Source: Lama guanicoe (lineage: Eukaryota). From it: 64,000 nucleotides of DNA. How positions within the stretch are numbered: the stretch's first letter is position 1; every line of letters begins with the position of its first letter. The position numbers and the translations under genes are program-made. The notes beneath the pieces were generated by a model. That model had not been told where the DNA came from. It saw only the letters and a program-made list of their open reading frames with translations, and made no database searches. The stretch is taken from the NCBI GenBank assembly GCA_013239625.1, contig MU054001.1, positions 5,443,078-5,507,077 of the forward strand. The letters run 5' to 3'. This document shows, piece after piece, positions 60,983-64,000 of this stretch.

Positions 60983-61184
60983 CTGGTATCTGTCCAGTGG
61001 AGCCCTGATCATACATCTCTTCTTACCAGCCTATCCCACCTTGCTTTGTCACATAAGGATCGCTGGCAAAGGCCAGACTTAATGGGGTGTGCGGAATTAG
61101 AAGAGAAAGAACATGTTGGATGAGATTATCGCTCCCCTCCAGGTGACAGGAATTGGTCTCTGTGTACTGAAGTTTTTAAGCAGA

Positions 61185-61285
61185 CAGAGATGCTAGAGAA
61201 CGTCTATCCCAAACTCCTCATTTGACAGATGAAACCCAGAGGAGGCAGGTGAGCTGTGGAAGGTCACTCGCTAGGTAGCAGCTGC
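61185..61285 (-). mobile_element. MIR fragment
   Basis: 'aactcctcatttgacagatgaaacccagaggaggcaggtgagctg...aaggtcac'. Confidence 0.65.
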
Positions 61286-61994
61286 TTCTACAAGCCTCTC
61301 TATCGCAGCTGCTCATCTGCATTGCTTATGTGGGCACCAGGGTGTGGCTGGGGTTAAGTAAAAGAGGGTGGTCACTTCTGCTCACCAAACTGCTGAAACG
61401 CTCACAAGGTGCTTTGCTCAAATTAGTCTGCCTTCAAACTTTAACTCTGGCCCAGAGGTGCAACCCTGATTCACGAAATCCTAAGAACAAGGTTGTGAGA
61501 TGTTTTGGACATTAAAAAAGTTAAGATTTACAGTAGAGAGCTGCCTCCACTTGTTACTGGAATGAAACAATGAGGACCCTGATGTAGAACAGGAGATGCG
61601 TGAGAGGCAATGAACTGCTGATAGGACAGTCAGACGTGTGCACCATTTTTCCCAGAATAAAAAAGAGTCTTTGTCCCACACATGCTACAAAGACGTGGGA
61701 GGGGAGCAGTAATGGGGAACAGAGGGGCTGATTCAAGTCACATTTGGCTTCACAAGACAGAGAACATCAAGGAAAGAATGAAAACATATCCTGCCTTTTC
61801 TCAATTCCTGAGTAGCTGTTTCTTAATGAGAAAAATAGAAAAATTCATTGGAAAATGTCTCACTCTAAGACACCAGGGGTAGGAATTTTCAGCCTGGTGC
61901 AGAGATCTGGAAATGAAGGCCTGGAAAGCAGATCACAGAAGTCGCAGCCCCTCTCCCCGAGCTTTATCCAGTAAACCACAGAGTCTTCATAGAT

Positions 61995-62312
61995 CAGAGG
62001 TCAGCACGCTTTTTCAATAAAGAGCCAGATGGTAAATATTTCAGGCTGTACAATACAGTCACAACTGCTCAACTCCGCCCATGTGGTGAAAGTAACCACA
62101 AACATAAACTAATGGGAGTGGGGGCAGTCCAGTAAAACTTCACTTAGAAATTTTTTTCTTTAATTTTTTTTTAATGGAGATACCAGGGATTGAACCCAGG
62201 ACCTTGTGCGTGCGAAGCAGATGTTCTACCAGTGAGCTATGCCTTCCCCCACTCCAAGTAAAACATAATTTAATATAAACGGTAGGCCAAAGCTGGGGCT
62301 CGCTGACTTCTG
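61995..62312 (+). mobile_element. MER58A-like hAT-Charlie MITE, interrupted by a Vic-1 SINE
   Basis: 'cagaggtcagcacgctttttcaataaagagccagatggtaaatatttcaggct', 'acaactgctcaactccgcc', end 'gctgacttctg'. Confidence 0.82.
62147..62256 (-). mobile_element. tRNA-Ala-derived SINE (Vic-1-like, short tail)
   Basis: 'aatggagataccagggattgaacccaggaccttgtgcgtgcgaagc...tgagctat'; degenerate TSD agtaaaacttcactta / agtaaaacataattta. Confidence 0.9.
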
Positions 62313-62629
62313 CTAGAGTTGATCAGAGTGTGTCCTCCAACACCCACACGCTCTACCATCACAGGCTGTAACTCAGCCTCAAACATCACCTCTCAGATTG
62401 TGAGGTGGTAATTACTGAAGTAAGAAGCAACAGCTTTGGGTTCTCATAAGCAATAACAGGCAGAGAGTCATCTCAGGGGAGGGTTATCCTTTCCAACACA
62501 TCCCTGCTGCCGAGAGGATCTTCACATACCAGGGGGACAAAAGCCCCTCCCGCTGCCCCCGTGGGTCCCTCCATATACCACGTGTAACAGTCCACTTCGA
62601 CGCACAGAATTAGAATGCAACCTCTCTTC

Positions 62630-63330
62630 TCCCATCGCAAGCGTTTTTGCCTTAAAAATCAGGCGGCAGCCTCATCGTGACAGCACGAGAATAACTTGTC
62701 ATCCTGGTAATGGCCTAACTGCATGTAAGTGTCTGTCATAATGAAAATTGGTCTCTTCCATTTCAATTTATTTTGTCAACAATCCGAACGGAGCCCAAAT
62801 ATATCTTCCAACACCACTGCACACAGACCAAACAGGGATGAGGACTTCAAAATGAACCTCATCATCATATGACTAAATATTTACATTAAAAAAGATTCTC
62901 TCTTCTGGAAAACATCCCGGCTCTACTGTTCTCCCCAGCCAGTACACCTGCAGCTTTTTGTAACTAATTAAGGAACTCTAGAAAACACATTCAAAAGGGC
63001 CTCAGCAAACAGATGCCCACTTCATTAATTAAACAAGCCAGAGCAATAACCCAGGCTGTAATTGGAAAATGTGCTTCTTTCCTCCGTTTTAAGGCAATCA
63101 CAGTTATTTGCAAATGTTTTTTGATAGTTTCTCAAAAAGAGAAAGTCGGCTAGCAGCAGGCTCTGGCTTCCTCTAGCAGAGGGGCAGATGTTTGGGAAAG
63201 GTTGGAGCTATGAGGCAGTCATCCAGGTTCACTAATTAGCTCTTCTGCCCCTTGTCTCCCTCCAGAAGACTGTGCTAATGAGAAAAGGAAGTTTAAGTGC
63301 TAAAAAAAGAAAGCAAGTTTGCTAATGCTA
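62630..63330. promoter_or_regulatory. Candidate homeodomain-site-rich enhancer cluster
   Basis: Non-repeat; TGACAG 62678-62683, CTGTCA 62733-62738, CTAATTAA 62964-62971, CAGATG 63010-63015, TTAATTAA 63025-63032, CTAATTAG 63232-63239. Confidence 0.4.
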
Positions 63331-64000
63331 CTTAAAGGCACAAAAACGTTCCCATGCAGTGCACTCTTCAGAACTCTAATTGGGATGCACAGTGGTCCAG
63401 GTGTGCAGAAGATAGCCACCTCTGAGTGGTCCTCCCCTCTTAGGTGAGCTGTCCTCTTCTGTAGAGCCAGTGGGAGCAGGAGGAAGGTGAAGGAGGCCAC
63501 TGGGGGAAGGAGGAAGGAAACAAAATAGAGTGGAGCCTCTCCTATAATCTTGTCCTTGGGTTCCAGGCAATGTTTTAGAATCCCCTAGTCTTAAGTAAAA
63601 TTCCCTTAGCCATGGGTTTTCTTTCAGCATCTTAATCAGGGCTTACAGATGCCCTGGCCTCCAGGAGCCAGGTTTCAAATTAAGCTATTGTTCTCAGCAA
63701 CAGGCCCACCCTTCTACAGGCTTCTCTGTGGTGTGGGGCTAAGACTGCAAACTCATTTCTCCTTTGCCAGCTGGCTTCTTATTAAATGCTCCTGACAGTG
63801 GGCACTAAATGGAGACTGTAAAGCTGGAGGAGGGAGAAAGGACTGACTCTCTTCTGGTTTGCTGCTTCCTGTTGGCATCAACCAAGCGATAACCCTTGAT
63901 GTCAGCAACAACAGTTGGTTCCATTTCCAGCTTCTTCCTGCTCTCCCAGATACCAACTCATTGCATCCTCCCCACCCACTCAGATCCACCAGCACCAGCT

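Noticed and set aside
1..64000. Prokaryote-type systems (operons, CRISPR arrays, defence islands) or an intact provirus
   Set aside because: The sequence is repeat-rich mammalian DNA; LTRs are solo or fragmentary, and no gag/pol/env or regular repeat-spacer array is visible.

Overview
Mammalian non-coding genomic DNA (intergenic or deep intron), very probably from a camelid. Seven tRNA-Ala-derived SINEs match the camelid Vic-1 family, and I saw no Alu, B1/B2, Bov-tA/BovB, PRE-1 or Can-SINE. I found no credible protein-coding gene, functional tRNA, rRNA or CRISPR array; the ORF track is explained by repeats and chance. Roughly half or more of the window is interspersed repeats: MIR, L2, L3/CR1, old and young L1 3' ends, MaLR/ERVL/ERV1 solo LTRs, and Tigger, hAT-Charlie and hAT-Tip100 fossils, many nested and some with readable TSDs. 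Between them lie repeat-free islands rich in homeodomain, PBX-HOX, MEIS and TCF motifs, which look like the cis-regulatory landscape of a developmental gene lying outside the window (inference). The best leads are a well-formed CpG-rich 154-nt minus-strand exon candidate, a UG-flanked cryptic-exon candidate, an L1 fragment that replaces part of an LTR without poly(A) or TSD, a compound L1 3'-end chain, a cluster of four hairpins, and a foldback-like element with 15-bp subterminal repeats. I cannot support a claim of a new biological system. Repeat subfamily names come from recalled consensus similarity, not a database search, and boundaries of old repeats are approximate.
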